Assembly (NCBI RefSeq): GCF_000143415.4
Contig: NW_003314269.1
Coordinates: 1,055,246-1,119,245 of the forward strand
Origin: Selaginella moellendorffii
Taxonomy: Eukaryota; Plantae; Lycopodiophyta
Direction of reading: 5' to 3'
Length of the DNA stretch: 64,000 nucleotides
In this document: positions 12,513 to 25,220 of the stretch, in pieces
Layout: the number at the start of each line of letters is the position of its first letter
Numbering within the stretch: position 1 is the first letter of the stretch
Made by a program: the position numbers and the translations under genes
The notes under the pieces: model-generated
What the model was told of the DNA's origin: nothing
Database searches by the model: none
Seen by the model: the letters and a program-made list of their open reading frames with translations, nothing else

Positions 12513-15343
12513 CACTTCCACATGTCATGTGTTGATCCTTTTTGGGTCCCTTTTTGGAGCCTTGCTTATTGGTTGCCTCGTGCTTGCTCCTCGAGCCCTT
12601 TGTTGGGAGTTCCACTCCCGCTCTCGACCTTCCAAGTTAGAGCTTTTAGTCCAAACGTGTTATGCTTATTTGGCTTTCGCTTCGGCCACTACCACGTGGC
12701 ACCCTTTCTGGCTCCACTTTGGGGCCTAGGGATTTTGTGTCTCACACTTTATTAGTGGGTTAAGGTGCCACAGGAGAAGCCGGGGGGACTTTTGCAACCT
12801 TTACTTATTCTTCAAAGCCTTTGGTGTAGTATTTTTATAGACTTCATCACTTGTTTACCACGAACATAGATGCAAAAGGAGCAAGTATGTGTCATAGTGG
12901 ATTGGTTGATGAAGTATGTGCAATTGTTGGCTCTTTAGAAAACTGTCACTACCCCAATCTTAATTGTAGTCTACTTGAAGAAGGTTTTTCCTGATTTTGG
13001 TTTGCTGAAGGATATCATTAGTGATCGAGATTCAAAATTCACAAGTGGATTTTGGAAGAGATTTACAAAGGCTATGCAAGTGACTTTGAAACTCTTAAGT
13101 GGCAATCATCCTCAAATGGATGGGTAAATTGAGCGTGTGAATCAAGTGGTGGAGGATATACTACATTGTAGCATTAATCAAAGGCAAAGATAGTGGGATC
13201 TATAGTGGATTCAGCAAGGGATTCACTAGAAGCCTCTATGGCATTGCCAATATTCTAGAGTTGAGATAGCGATGGAGGTAGTGAACAACTTGCATCAGCT
13301 GAAATCATTTCAATTTAAGTAGATTTTGGTTTCAGATCATCAAACATCCAAATGTTTCTAGAATTTGTCAGGAACTCCAAACTCAACCAAGTAAAACTGT
13401 TTCCCTAAGTATGATTTGTATAAGCTATATAACTATATTAAATCAGTAACCCAAAAAGGATTCTGCTTTGCTGGCTGTGACACATTGTGTAGATGAATTA
13501 TAACTTGAGAGACTCTGCACAGCAAGGTAGCTGCTGCTCTTCTGCCGCAACAGGCTCCAAATCGAAGCACTTCCTGTGATGAGAAACATTCAGCTGGTCA
13601 TCATACCTCTCCACAGCGCTGATCAGCATACAGGCAGGTGGCTTCTTTGCAGCATTCATCTCGCTGTTGGCTACCACAAACCCCCTCGTCAGGCGAGTAC
13701 CCCAGGACTCAACGAAGTAGTAAGTCACAGAATGGAACAGCCAAGACAGGTGCTTCCTGCAAGATGAAGAATGACTTTGGGAAAATTTATCTAAGAAATG
13801 TCCTGGTTTTTGAGGAAGAACAAGATCGAAACGCTGAACACAGATGAGCAAGAATGGAGATTGCAGCATGACGACTTTAAGAAAGGGAGGGAGGCAGCCC
13901 CTCTTTCCTTCCTATTAGAGGGGGGGAATTTAGCTTGGTGATGTATTATGTTCCACTGGTCAATAGGCTTTTTTATATACAGGTAAGGGGTCTACAATGT
14001 ATATATGTAAGTTCTAGTGTAGAGTGTAGGAGTTTTGACCTGGCAATGGATTCAGATTCACGACTCTGTCAACGGGAAATGTGGTCAAAACCATGAGGTT
14101 CTTGTTCAAAGAGTTTACTTTTTTTTTTCAGCAATATAACTGAACACTTTGGAATCATGGTGGTGGCGTTCAAACCCAAGGGTGGGCGGCAATGTGTAGG
14201 TTTACACACCCTCAGTGCAAGACAGGCATCCACCAGCACTTTGTGCTGCTTCAATCTAGATTTTCCAAAGTGGAAGCTGTGGTGGTGGTGCCCTTTTAGT
14301 CATAATCTGAAAACTGCCTCAGTGCCTTCTCTCTGAAGCTGCTGCGTGGAATACAGTCAGACACCAGCAAGGCTATCTCTTGTGTCACCTGATCAATGGC
14401 AGCCAAGTCCCCGCATTGGTCTTCAGGCTCCGTTTTTCTGTTGCTGCATCGGAAATGTTTAAGAGCGACAAGCAGGCAAATCCTTTGCATCATCAAACCC
14501 ACGTCAGGATACCTTGCTGGGACCTAATTTCCATAAGAGTCCAAGGTTCAATCCCTCTCAAAGGTATCTCATATATATCAAGGGGCTTCACTGTGATTCA
14601 AGGCTCCTAAGTTGGAAGATTCACTGACTGTTTAAGTGGTACCTAGCCTATGCCCCATCACAAGTAGCACTAAAAGTATGTGATCAGGTTAAAAGGCAAC
14701 AAAGTTGAGTCAGTTGCAACATTGCAAGTTACTTCACGTGAATATGAATCTTGATGTGGATCCTGGAGCTGTTGCTGGGCTGCCCCACTGCTTCAGACTT
14801 TAGCATTTTCCGTGGAAATCCAGGTTTTGGGGTGCGATCCAGATGATCCAAATTCTGATCGATGTCAACAGCAGGCCACACATCTTCAAACTTTTGAAGG
14901 ATCATAGGCTGCTCACATACACTATATAGTTAAGGCAGTGAAGAGATCTTCACTGTTTTCGACAAGACAAGAGAAAACATGAAGAAAGTTGGTCCAAGCT
15001 AAATTAGGGGAACCCAATTTATATGGTTAGAGCGCTTTACTTGAGACTTGCAATTGGGATCTCTATAAATGCAAGCAAGCATAGAATCTCCTTTTATAGA
15101 TGGACAGAAAGCATTGTTAATATTGCGAAAGGTCCAGGACGTTCAGACGTCTTGTATCAAACATCATCCAAAGAAGGCTGAGCTCTAAGTATCGAAATTC
15201 TAAATAGAATATGGATTCGCACAACTGAGATGGGTGACATAACTTTCTCTGGATAGAAGCTAGTCACCGCAATTTCTTTGACTTTCAGTTAACTGTGTTT
15301 GACTGGAAAGAAAGAAGTTTAAAAATCGCGGTTTCCTCGGTCC

Positions 15344-17278
15344 ATGATTTTTCATGGGGGCGAGACTCTGGACGAGATCCGAGAGCGCTACGCCTCACTC
15401 CTGCGCTCGTGTGCCAATTCCAGGGATCTCGCCCGGGGAATCCAGCTCCATTCGCAGATATCCTCCTCGGCACAGCTCCGTGACGATCGATTCCTGGGAA
15501 ATCTCCTGGTCCACTTGTATGGGCGTTGTGGGCGCCCGGAGGAAGCGCGCAGGGTCTTCGATAGCATCCCGTGCCCGAACACGTTCTCCTGGAACATCAT
15601 GCTCAAGGCCTACACCCAAAACGGGGATCTCGACCAAGCGCGCCGCCTCTTTGATCTCATCCCTTGCCGCGACATGGTCTCATGGAACACAATGCTGGAC
15701 CTCTTTTCTCTCTCCAGCGATCTCCAGAGCGCGCAGCAATCGCTGGACTTGATGCCAGTGGTAGATCTCGTTTCCTTCAACACGATGCTCGCAGCAAATG
15801 CCCTTTGCGGGCACCTTGATGGCGTCAAGAAAATCTTCGACGATATGCCAGAGTGGGATGTTTTCTCTTGCACGCCTCTGCTGGAAGCATATTCACAGTA
15901 CGGATGCATCAACCAGGCCCGGCAGCTTTTCCGTACGATGCCCGTGCGAAACCTCGTGACGTGGAATGCCTTGCTTGCGGTACATGCCGTAGCGGGGCAT
16001 ATTGAGGAGGCAAAGTGTGCGTTTGATACCATGCCCGAGCACGACATCGTGTCTTGGGCGAGCCTTTTAAACGCGTATTTCCGTTCTGGAAATATAGACC
16101 TGTGCAAAAGGTGCTTCAAGTGTCTTCCGTGCTGGAATGTTGTATGTGCAACAACGATGATCCAAGCATATGCCCAGCTAGGGCATATTGTAGATGCGGA
16201 AGCGCTTTTTTATGATCTTCCGGAATGGAACATGGTTTCGATCAATGCCATGCTTGCCGCGTATGCACAGAACGATAGAATTTTTTTGGCTGAGAAAATG
16301 CTGTCGAAGTTGCCAGAGGCAAACGCCGCGACATGGGGCGCAATGCTTCATGCATATGCCATAACGGGGCATTTTGACAGAGCAAAACAGCTCTTCGACA
16401 CCATGCCCGAGAAGACCCTCTTTGCTTGGAATATGATGCTCCAGGCATATTCTACCGCCTCCCTTGCCTTGGAAGCGTCAAGAATCTTCGATTCCATGCC
16501 GGAGCGAAATGCCGCATCCTACACCGCTATTGTGGCGGCATACTCACAGTGCGGCCTCACAGCGCAAGCTCTAGACGTCTTCCACTCAATGCCCAAGACA
16601 AAAGGTGGCAAAGCTAATAACGATAACGACGAGGAGATGGCGTGGAATGGAATCGTAGCTGCTTGCGTTCTCAACAAGGAGATCGACCATGCAAAGATCT
16701 TGTTCGACCAGATTCCCCGACCAAGCGTTGGAACCCACAACCTTTTGATCCAAGGCTACGGCCAGACTCGAAATCTTGAGTCCGCCCGGCGAATATTTTC
16801 GGGAATGCCGGAGAGGGACACAGCTTCATGGAACGCGATTCTTGCAGCATTTGCCCAATGTGGGCATGTAGCACACGCGGAGCTTCTCTTTGAGCAAATG
16901 CCGCGGCGGAGCCTTGTGTCGTGGAACGCGATGATCTCCATGCATGGTCGCTCCGGGCGGTTCCACCGCGCGCTGGATCTCCTCTGTGCGATGCGCGCCG
17001 CTGGTTTCCAGCCGGATCAAGTCTCATACTTGAGCGTTCTCGCCGCTTGCAACCATGTCGGCCTGGTGGAGGAGAGCTCGTCTCTGTTCCTGGCGATGGC
17101 GGAGGAGCTGGGAGGAGGCTCCGGGATCGAGCATTACTCGTCGATGGTGGACCTGCTGGGACGGGCCGGGCAAGTCGAGTTTGCCAGAGAGATCATCCAA
17201 AGCATGCCGTTTGTGCCCGACGCCAAAGCCTTGGGTGCTCTCTCCGGAGCTCGGAAGCTCCACGTCTCGGCAAAGTGA
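15344..17278 (+). CDS. PLS-class pentatricopeptide repeat protein (S-repeat rich, truncated E domain, no DYW)
   Basis: 644-aa intronless ORF; ~31-aa repeats (A..LFD.MP...VSWN.ML.AYAQ.G); ends EHYSSMVDLLGRAG...MPFVPD..ALGALSGA. Confidence 0.95.
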   Translation: MIFHGGETLDEIRERYASLLRSCANSRDLARGIQLHSQISSSAQLRDDRFLGNLLVHLYGRCGRPEEARRVFDSIPCPNTFSWNIMLKAYTQNGDLDQARRLFDLIPCRDMVSWNTMLDLFSLSSDLQSAQQSLDLMPVVDLVSFNTMLAANALCGHLDGVKKIFDDMPEWDVFSCTPLLEAYSQYGCINQARQLFRTMPVRNLVTWNALLAVHAVAGHIEEAKCAFDTMPEHDIVSWASLLNAYFRSGNIDLCKRCFKCLPCWNVVCATTMIQAYAQLGHIVDAEALFYDLPEWNMVSINAMLAAYAQNDRIFLAEKMLSKLPEANAATWGAMLHAYAITGHFDRAKQLFDTMPEKTLFAWNMMLQAYSTASLALEASRIFDSMPERNAASYTAIVAAYSQCGLTAQALDVFHSMPKTKGGKANNDNDEEMAWNGIVAACVLNKEIDHAKILFDQIPRPSVGTHNLLIQGYGQTRNLESARRIFSGMPERDTASWNAILAAFAQCGHVAHAELLFEQMPRRSLVSWNAMISMHGRSGRFHRALDLLCAMRAAGFQPDQVSYLSVLAACNHVGLVEESSSLFLAMAEELGGGSGIEHYSSMVDLLGRAGQVEFAREIIQSMPFVPDAKALGALSGARKLHVSAK

Positions 17279-17780
17279 AGTGATTTTCATGTAGAACTCG
17301 CCCGCCACCTTTGCTGGAACTCTTCCACTCACGTCAAAGGAAGATCGCGAAGAAGTTACCACTTAGTGCTCGGTGGCAAGCTTGTCAAAAGAGCTACACC
17401 GCCGCCAGCATTCGTCTTGCCGAGCCTGGGAACTTTTCAATTCTGCGATAGCGACCAGCAAGATCTGTTCTTGGCGATCAAGTCGATCTCTTGACTGTGA
17501 CGAGCGGATCATGGGAGTGTACTTTACATTGTACCCGAGCACTACGGCCAAGTACCGCCAGTGAGATTCCTCAACCACTTTCGTGTCAACGCCATCGGAA
17601 TTGGAAACGGTTCGTGGAGCCAGAGGTGGCAACAGCCCTTTCGTTGTCACCGAGCACTCACTGACCGAAAGGCGCGGTTTTGCCATGTAAACTTTGGCTC
17701 GTCAAGGGGGACGATGAGATTCTTTGTGACAGCGATGTGATCATAGTGCTCTCGAGAATATGATCCAAAAAATAAAAGGA

Positions 17781-17786
17781 GAGACA
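17781..17786 (-). promoter_or_regulatory. Candidate auxin response element (TGTCTC) upstream of SAUR
   Basis: GAGACA ~230 bp before the SAUR ATG, with a TATA-like CATATATA at ~17877. A 6-mer can occur by chance. Confidence 0.3.
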
Positions 17787-18013
17787 GACAGTGAGAGAAT
17801 GAGAAAGATCGTGCTCTACAGGGAAATCCAAGGACAAACAAGCTACAAATCTTTCTCCTTTTTTATTCTGCCTTCGCATATATACACGGCCAGCCAAAAG
17901 CCGACCCTCGAAAAGAAGTATTCGTCCTCTTTCCTTTCTTTGCTTTCATTTTGTTCTCTCTAGTTTGTTCTTCCACTGTTTTCCATCTAGATCGTCATTG
18001 TTGCCTGGCGATC

Positions 18014-18472
18014 ATGAGCATTGTCGAGAAGATCAAGGCGAGGCTGCAGCGGCGGCGGAGATGCAGGGCCAGCTCGTCCATCTTTGCCAGATCTGTGAGC
18101 TTGAGCACGTCCTCATGCCGCTCCAGCTCACACGGTTCCTTCTCGTATAGCTCCTCCGGCACCTGGGATTGCAGCGACTGGAATGGATCCAGCAGCGACG
18201 ATGAAGATCACAACGGGTCCTCCTGCGCTGCTGCTCCAGACGATGTTCCGGAGGGATACTTGGCGGTGTACGTCGGGGAGGAGAGGCGGCGGTGCGTGAT
18301 GAGCGCTCGGCATCTAAGCCACCCCTGGTTCAAGGCGCTGCTCGAGAAAGCTGCCGAGGAGTTTGGATTCGATCACAAGGAAGGCCTCAGATTGCCGTGT
18401 GACGTGGTGGCATTCAAGCTCATGGTAGAAAAGCTCGACAAAGAGAGCGAAAGAAGATTGATCAGAGAGTGA
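18014..18472 (+). CDS. SAUR: SAUR family auxin-responsive protein
   Basis: DVPEGYLAVYVGEERRR...LSHPWFKALLEKAAEEFGF...LRLPC motif; intronless; ATG at 18014. Confidence 0.93.
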   Translation: MSIVEKIKARLQRRRRCRASSSIFARSVSLSTSSCRSSSHGSFSYSSSGTWDCSDWNGSSSDDEDHNGSSCAAAPDDVPEGYLAVYVGEERRRCVMSARHLSHPWFKALLEKAAEEFGFDHKEGLRLPCDVVAFKLMVEKLDKESERRLIRE

Positions 18473-19613
18473 CTCCAAGTGGAAGAGAGCACGGATGATC
18501 TACCTGTAAAAGAGAAGTGTACCATCTTAGAGCTTGACAAAACTAGAGGAATGAAGAAACTCTTAATCTAGTTGTCGATCTAGGGAGAGCTATAACATCT
18601 TTGATAGAACGAACGTGTAGCCCGAGTCCATAGCAGTCAATGCGATGATGAGGACGAAAGACAAGGCAATGACAAACAGGCTCGTTTTCACCTGAAAAGC
18701 AAAGATCAAAGTTGTCTTCCTTTTCTTTTTTCAGGAAGAAAACCACGCACCGTGTTGTCAAAAGATGGCCACTCGATCTTTCCAAACTCGCTGAATTGTT
18801 CTTTGAAGAAACATAGAAGGCCTCTAAACCTGTCCAAGCTGAAAAGACGAAGGGAAGAAAGAGCCAAACAGTTTCGAAGCCCAAATGGGTGAAGCCATTC
18901 TTACATTCGCGTTCGAAAATCCTGTGCCGCTACAAGCTACACAAGAGAAGCTAGAACAATCGAAACACTCTTTCACCGTTTCTTACCTGTGAAGAAGGAG
19001 GAGGAAAAGAATGCAGCGATCCATTGGTCGAGCACCTTACGAAGCGCGGCCGCCTGACCAAACGAGCTCGAGATGGAAGCCCAAGAGGAATGACCGATGG
19101 CGCAACACATGCTCCTCCTAGCATCATTTTTCCTAGAAAACAAAAGACCTAATTCGTTGGTAAAGAACTCTTGGGAGTTTGTTGAACAAGAACCAAAATC
19201 TTCGAAGAAAAAAAAACACAAAAATGATCCATGATTATCACTTTCACTGAGCTGCTAGAGATTGGACCGACATGGGCGAGGCTCCATTGATCCACTCCAC
19301 CACTTCCCGGAAGCCATCTCGTTAAACGCTTCCGTGTTGTGGAATCCATCCCAGTAAGCGTGTACTGGGATCGATCGATCGCTACAGTAATTAGGCAGCA
19401 CCCGGTCGATGCATCATAGAATCCTATACAAGCTATGATCAAACTCATGATGAGCCACAACGAATGATCTCGTCTCCAAGTCCATCTCTTATATTTGCAC
19501 TGGAAACAAGCCAGCCATATGATCCTTCCTTTGTCCTCGGCTTGTTCCAGGTACACTAAAACTCTTCGAAGAATCACGCATGGATCCAGTGGATTCGTGA
19601 CTTCTGCTCCCAG

Positions 19614-20045
19614 AAACTATACGGCTATGGAGCTCGCAAGCTTGTGATCGTGGGCCTCAGCACCACAGGCTGCATTCCAGCCAACGCCCAGGACGGGAGC
19701 TGCAACTCGCAAGCGCAATCCATGGTCGCTACCTACAATAGCGGCTTGAAATCCATGCTCTCTCCAACTTGGGAGGAACGCTGGCTGTTCAAGATTTCTT
19801 CGATGTTGACAACACTCCATAATGTGCTCTTGAACCTGTTGAAGGTTTCGATCTGTGTGGAGAGCAAAAAAGAGAACTCTTGTATTGTTTCGATCCAAAG
19901 AAAATACTAACGTACCATGTGTGTGTTGGACATGATTCCGCTGCTGGCCGACGCGAAGTTGGCGCCCTGGTAAGCTGGAGGAAAGGGTAGTCCCATATGT
20001 TGGGCTGCACAGGTTCATGATCAAAAGATCAAAACATCCAGTTAA
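19614..20045 (+). pseudogene. GDSL esterase/lipase fragment
   Basis: After an AG acceptor: KLYGYGARKLVIVGLSTTGCIP...CNSQAQSMVATYNSGLKSML, then frameshift/stop. No GDSL N-terminal or DxxH motif seen. Confidence 0.65.
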
Positions 20046-20509
20046 GAGAAGCATAGCCGTAAAAGCTCAAATATTTAGGCCATTTTTTCGCAATAACTTT
20101 AAACCCTAAAAACAGAGGCAGCGCGAAAGGTCGTTTTCTCCTCTCTCTCTCTCTCTCTCGATTCACTGGGTCGCATTTGTGAGACTGCGGCCGCCCAACA
20201 GCAAAAGAGGAAGCGAGCGCGCGGGCTATGTCGGTTTCTTCCCGGGACTGTTTGTCTCTCTCGACCAGGCGCGCGAGGACGACGGGCACACCATGCGGTT
20301 CACTTTTGCGCTGGTGCTAGCAGACATCGATTACCAATCCCCTCTCTCTCTCTCTCTCTCACACTGGAGAGAGGGGCTTTCTCTTTCTCCTCTGGGTTTC
20401 TAGCTTCTTTATTTCTTTTTGTTCGCTTGCAAGCCAAGAAAGGAGCTCTCGCTCCACTCTTTGTTTCTCTCCTTCTCTCTCCTTGGCTCTTTCTTGGCGA
20501 GAGAGATCG

Positions 20510-21754
20510 ATGAAACCATTCATGGGCAGGAGTAGTAGCAGCCGGCGCCCATGGATTGTTGGATTCCCGGCGTGGAGCAAGAAGAACCAGCCGCAGCAGC
20601 GCCAGCAGCAGCAAGAGCAGCCATTCCTCCATCGCGCCATGAAGCGAGCTCGCCTGGTGGAGCTCTGCTTCTCATCCTCCAATGCAGCTCACGCGCGCGG
20701 CGATGGAGAGGATGTGAAGGAGAATGAGATGGAAGAAGTACAAGAAGAGGAGGAGCGAGCCATGATGGTGGAGTCCACCGATTCCTCCTCGGGCTCGTCA
20801 AGAACAGCGGCCACTAGCAGCTCCAGCTTTTGCTCCAGCAGTGGCAGCACCTGCGGCGCCATCGCCACGGCGATCGCGCCCAGCGCGTCGATTAGATCGT
20901 CCAGCGTCCGTGGCGAGGAATGGGGCGGAGGTGGAGGAGGAGCAGCAGCGTTCCATGGCGTGCAAGCGGTGGCAAGGAAGCGCGTCATGGTGGTGGTGGA
21001 CGATTCCCGCGAGGCCAAGACGGCGCTCCTCTGGGCGCTCTCTCACGTTGTCCACAAGCTCGACGTTGTGACGCTCCTCCATGTCTTGTACTCCACTCCT
21101 TGTTCTTCGCAGCCCTTCGTCTACGATTCGCAAGGTTGTCGCCATATCCAGACAATGTGGGTGTCTTACTCTCGTGTTGTCTCGATGATCTTGGCAGATT
21201 CGCGAGCAATTGTCTCGGATAAGACGAGGCTGAGATCCGAGGAGAAAGGCTGCGAGCTCATCGCGTCGCTCAAGAATCTTTGCGCGCTGCGTCAACCCGA
21301 GGTTTGCGAGATCTTTTGCTTTTGTCGATGAGTGTTCTTGGCCTCTAAACTTGGTGATGATGGCTCTCGTCAGGTGGATGTGGAAATGGTGGTGGTCGCC
21401 GGCGAGAGGGGGCCGACAATCGTCCGCCAAGCCAAGAAGCTGGACGCGTCGATCCTCGTACTGGGCCAGAAGAAGCTCAACTTTTTCCAGAGGTACTTCG
21501 CTCCTCCTGCGCATTAAAGGTCCTTTCCATGAGTTTTAGTGCTTTCCACAAGTTGCATTGCCAGAATCTTTGATCGCTCAGAGAACTCTTATCTTAATTC
21601 CAGGTGCTTGAGATGGAACAGAGACGATCAATCCATAGACTACTGCATCCAGCACGCCGATTGCCTCACGCTGTCCGTCCGGCGGAAGAGCAAACACTGC
21701 GGAGGATATCTCATCAACAGCAAGTGGCAAAAGAACTTTTGGCTGCTGGCTTAG
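20510..21754 (+). CDS. Universal stress protein A-like (adenine nucleotide alpha-hydrolase) protein, spliced
   Basis: RVMVVVDDSREAKTALLWALSH..DVVTLLHV; GERGPTIVRQAKKLDASILVLGQKK; GGYLINSKWQKNFWLLA*. About 3 GT-AG introns. Confidence 0.9.
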
Positions 21755-23485
21755 AAAAAATCGATCTTTGACACAAGATTTGTGACAAGTTCTGTAGAGA
21801 GTCTCCTCACTGTGACACTAGTGATCCTTGTGAATCCTACACAGGAAAAACTTTGTAAATACCCCTAGTGAGCGATCTAAATTCCAAAACTCTGAAACTT
21901 GGATTGGAGGTGTGCGAGTGTTTGTGTGTGTCAGATCGAAAATCTAACGCTGCTAGCCACCTAGAGCTCTAGCTTCTTCTTCGCTCTTCCGTTTAGCCGC
22001 TGGCTGGCGCGTGAGGTTATCTCGGTGTGTGAGAGCTTGAGAGGGACGTAAACTCGGCTTAAGCGGTGCGATCGCGTCGCGGCGAATGCGATGGCACTTA
22101 AAAAGAAATTCTTCCTTCCTTGTTGACCTCGAAAGGAATATCAAAAGCGTAATTGTGAGTAAAGCCTTCGCGCTTATTTAGCATGCGAAAGAATGAATGA
22201 GGTGAGTGCGATGCCATAGCCATTGCTGCCAAGGAACTTATTTTATCGATTTAATGCTTGATTATAACCAGTCAGGTGGTCTATTATGCGCGAGTGAAAG
22301 AGAGACAGTTTTGGCAGTGGAATATGCGCGTGTAAGCACTAGTGCCTGCAAGCACCATTAAAACATGGAACTGTAACGTCTGTGGACTTGATGGAAGAAA
22401 GAAAAAGAGAGGAAGAACTGGTGGGAGAACTGGCAAGAGCGCAGGGAAGGCTTGGTTGGATCGAAGGAACTGAGCGTATATATTCACGTCAAAACAAGCG
22501 AGTGAGAGAGAAGTGGAAGCGAGCGTTTGAGTGATCCGTGTTTTGTGACAGCGGAGAGGATTGGAGTTTAAAGTCGTCTCCATCCGCGACATTCATCGAG
22601 AGGGCGGGAAGAAAGAAAGAGCTGGAAGAGAAAGTGAAAGACACATAAGATCGATCGACCAAAAAACTTATAATCTTTCATGGCTCCAGCGTGATCAAGC
22701 TAACTATTCTTTCTCCAGCTTCTGAAACTTCCGATCACGCGAGGCAAAAGTTTTCATAGCATTTCCATCCACTCGCAAGCTGGGCAGTTTTTTTTTTTGT
22801 TTTGTTTTCCTTTGTCAGTGTTGGTGTGTGGCAATCTGGATGTGGTCGTCACATACTTAAAAGCTTGCAGCAGGAGCGAAATAACGTAAAGGCAGGCTGG
22901 TTCTTTTGTTTTTTTCTTCCTGGACAGTGTGTGTAGAAGTAGAAAAAACAATGGAAATGCTTAAAACATTGCGTCAGTGTGGTTAGAGTGTGATCGAGAC
23001 GATTAACAAAGACACACCATCGCAAGAAAAGCTCGATAAATATTTTTCTTCTTTGTGGGAATCATGGTTGGATTGATCTGGATTCGGATTGCATTGGTTT
23101 TTGTGTTTTATAGCTTTCATTTTTCTTTTTTTCTTGGTTGTTCTTCCTGGCAAAACCCAGATTACCACGCGAGCCCAGCCTGGAAGACCCATACGAATAT
23201 TAAATTTGCAACGATTTCAAGGAAGTTTGGCTGCTGCTGATACGCCAGGTGCTGTTCTGTTACTGCCAAGCGACGTGGTTTCGTTTGTTTAGCAAGTGAG
23301 ACAAGAGCAAAGACCAAAGATCGTATCAAAACAATAAGAAAAAGGAGGAGAAGAAGAACAAGAGCAAAAAATTTACACCCAAGTAGTCCCAGTCCAACAG
23401 AGAAAGAAATCCACGTATGAGTCGGTATCCATCTGGTTTCTCCAAGGACAATATTTCATTTTGAGAGGAGGGTTTAGGGTTCTTC

Positions 23486-24393
23486 ATGGAGTCGGAGCAA
23501 GGCGGCGCCTTGGAGGAGTTCGTGAAGAGGTAGGCGCTACATTCTCCATTCTTTAGTTTAGATTTTTACCGGCAATGGTGTCGCAGAGGGATCGCGCTGG
23601 AGAGTTCGCAGCGATCGAGCGCACAGATGCTGCTCGGTTTTCAGCAAAATCTCGGTACAGCTTTTCCTTGTAAAACTGTTTTAGTTGTGTTCTGATGAGT
23701 GTTTTAGAAATGCTCCGCAGGCCATCGCTCGCGGAGAGCTCGGCGGTCTTGAAGGGGATTTTTGGGAGGAATAAGAGTGTGAGATTGTCGAGATACATCG
23801 AAGCAGGCTGCCGGCATCGCAGCAGTGACAAATCCAGTATCACTGGACGTGAGTATTTCTTTTCTTTGGCCTCTCGATTCCAATGTACTACCCGTCTTCT
23901 CCAGTGAACAACTCGATCAAAGCTCTGAGGGATCATGTGAAGTTTGGTAATTTTTCGTGATATGTTTCAAGCGCCTGCTCTACAACTTTGTTCTTTTACT
24001 TTTTGCAGTGCGCGGATGCTTGGAAGTCCTCAAGAAAATCCTAGATGGTTTTACAGAAGTCTTCATCGATGGTATACCCGATGAAACCAAGAAACTAAAT
24101 TCTTCCTTGCAAGATGGTGATGATTCACAAATGCTGGACAAGGTGAAGACAATCACTACGATGGCTCTTGTGTACTCCATGCTCGAACAGGACTATGAAA
24201 TGCAGGTAAATTCATATTTGTTTCAATGATTTTGGTTTTGATATTCTTTTGCAAATGACAGGCTAGAATTGTAGACGACTTGAGCCTTGAGACGCGCTCC
24301 GGAGCTCTCGAGAGCTATTGTACCCTGTGGGCCTTGAGACCTTTCGTTGACGGCGAAGTGTTGAGAGCCTTCTGGCGAAGCTTTGGTCACTAA
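23486..24393 (+). CDS. Conserved uncharacterised plant protein, spliced
   Basis: MESEQGGALEEFVKR|...|ARIVDDLSLETRSGALESYCTLWALRPFVDGEVLRAFW with GT-AG introns. The C-terminal LESY..W.LRPFVD motif resembles a plant family of unknown function. Confidence 0.7.
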
Positions 24394-25220
24394 ACAGGAA
24401 AGCATTTGTCACTCCGAAAGGTATCTCGTAACGTCAACACAGCTAAGCTGACAAGTGGCATTTGGAATCTGTAATTCACTTACAAGGAGCTGACCAGCAC
24501 AAGCAAACAAAAACGAGGAGCCCCCTTTACAGATGCTCGAGTGGACGCCTTTCTTACACACAACAGTCGACGGGAAACTACTACTCAGCCTCAAGTCATA
24601 TTCGAGGTGCCAGGAAGACGTATGCGCATCAAACCCGTGTGTCTGCGTAGTTGAGCTCAAGAACAAGTCAAGGAAGAATGACGGCACTAAAATGGAGAAG
24701 CGGGAGTGAAATCCAGGTTATCACTTGGTCGACGTTCCATCTGGTGGTGCTGATACCCGGTTTCCCAAAAGGCTGCCAAGAGAGACGACCCGGATACTTC
24801 GCTCTCAAACAAGCACTTGCATTTAACGAGGCGATGGATGGCACATCGCCCTCTCGCGCAAGTTGAGATCCGGATAAGCTACTTTGGTGCTCCACCTTTT
24901 ACGTTGCGAACAGATCATGTTGTAAGGTGGTCAACGAGGCACGTTGCTGTTGTTTCAGTAGGTGAGCGAGTTGTTCGATCTGTTTGTTTTTTTTGGTTTT
25001 TAACTCTCTTTTCACTGGGCTGACTATGTGGATTGGAATGGCAGGTGATTAAACTAAGCACGTGAATTTGCTCCACCGGAGCGCCGGAGTGCCAAGCGTA
25101 TATATCTTTGTTTTGCAAGTTGCTAGATTTTCTTATCTCATCTACTGCACCAGGTGGATTTTTACTTGGTGCTTGAGCCAACGAGCTTTTCGTGGTGGCT
25201 CTGATCCATTCGCATCCGGG

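Larger units (their letters stand above)
11061..12746 (-). mobile_element. Solo LTR inserted into the integrase, with 5-bp target-site duplication
   Basis: + strand TGTAAG...CTCACA termini, flanked by CTTTG (11056-60) and CTTTA (12747-51). Removing it restores the integrase frame (E-L-C-[Q]-W-V-K-V-P-Q-E-K-P-G-G-L-L-Q-P). Its end matches the reverse complement of the 57903-58836 LTR end. Confidence 0.88.
9100..13250 (+). mobile_element. Decayed Ty3/gypsy pol (protease-RT-RNaseH-integrase), interrupted by a solo LTR
   Basis: DLIIRMPWL (protease); LPPLRGVKHGITL; FTKIDLRSGYHQI; FGLTNAP; degenerate YxDD (FLNNILIFS); RNaseH TDHKPL; integrase GLLQPL..W..IFIDFITCLP, IISDRDSKFTS, HPQMDG*IERVNQ. Confidence 0.93.

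Noticed and set aside
11912-12615. Repetitive ORFs (MESEMDPRW...)
   Set aside because: Translations of the LTR minisatellite spanning an N gap.
13498-15200. Short ORFs and possible exon-like segments
   Set aside because: No recognisable domain or coherent exon chain; possibly a gene relic but unsupported.
17363-17686. 107-aa minus-strand ORF
   Set aside because: No motif or homology I can recognise; an orphan gene cannot be excluded without expression data.
24409-24900. Short ORFs between the unknown gene and PHT4
   Set aside because: No consistent frame or family signature.
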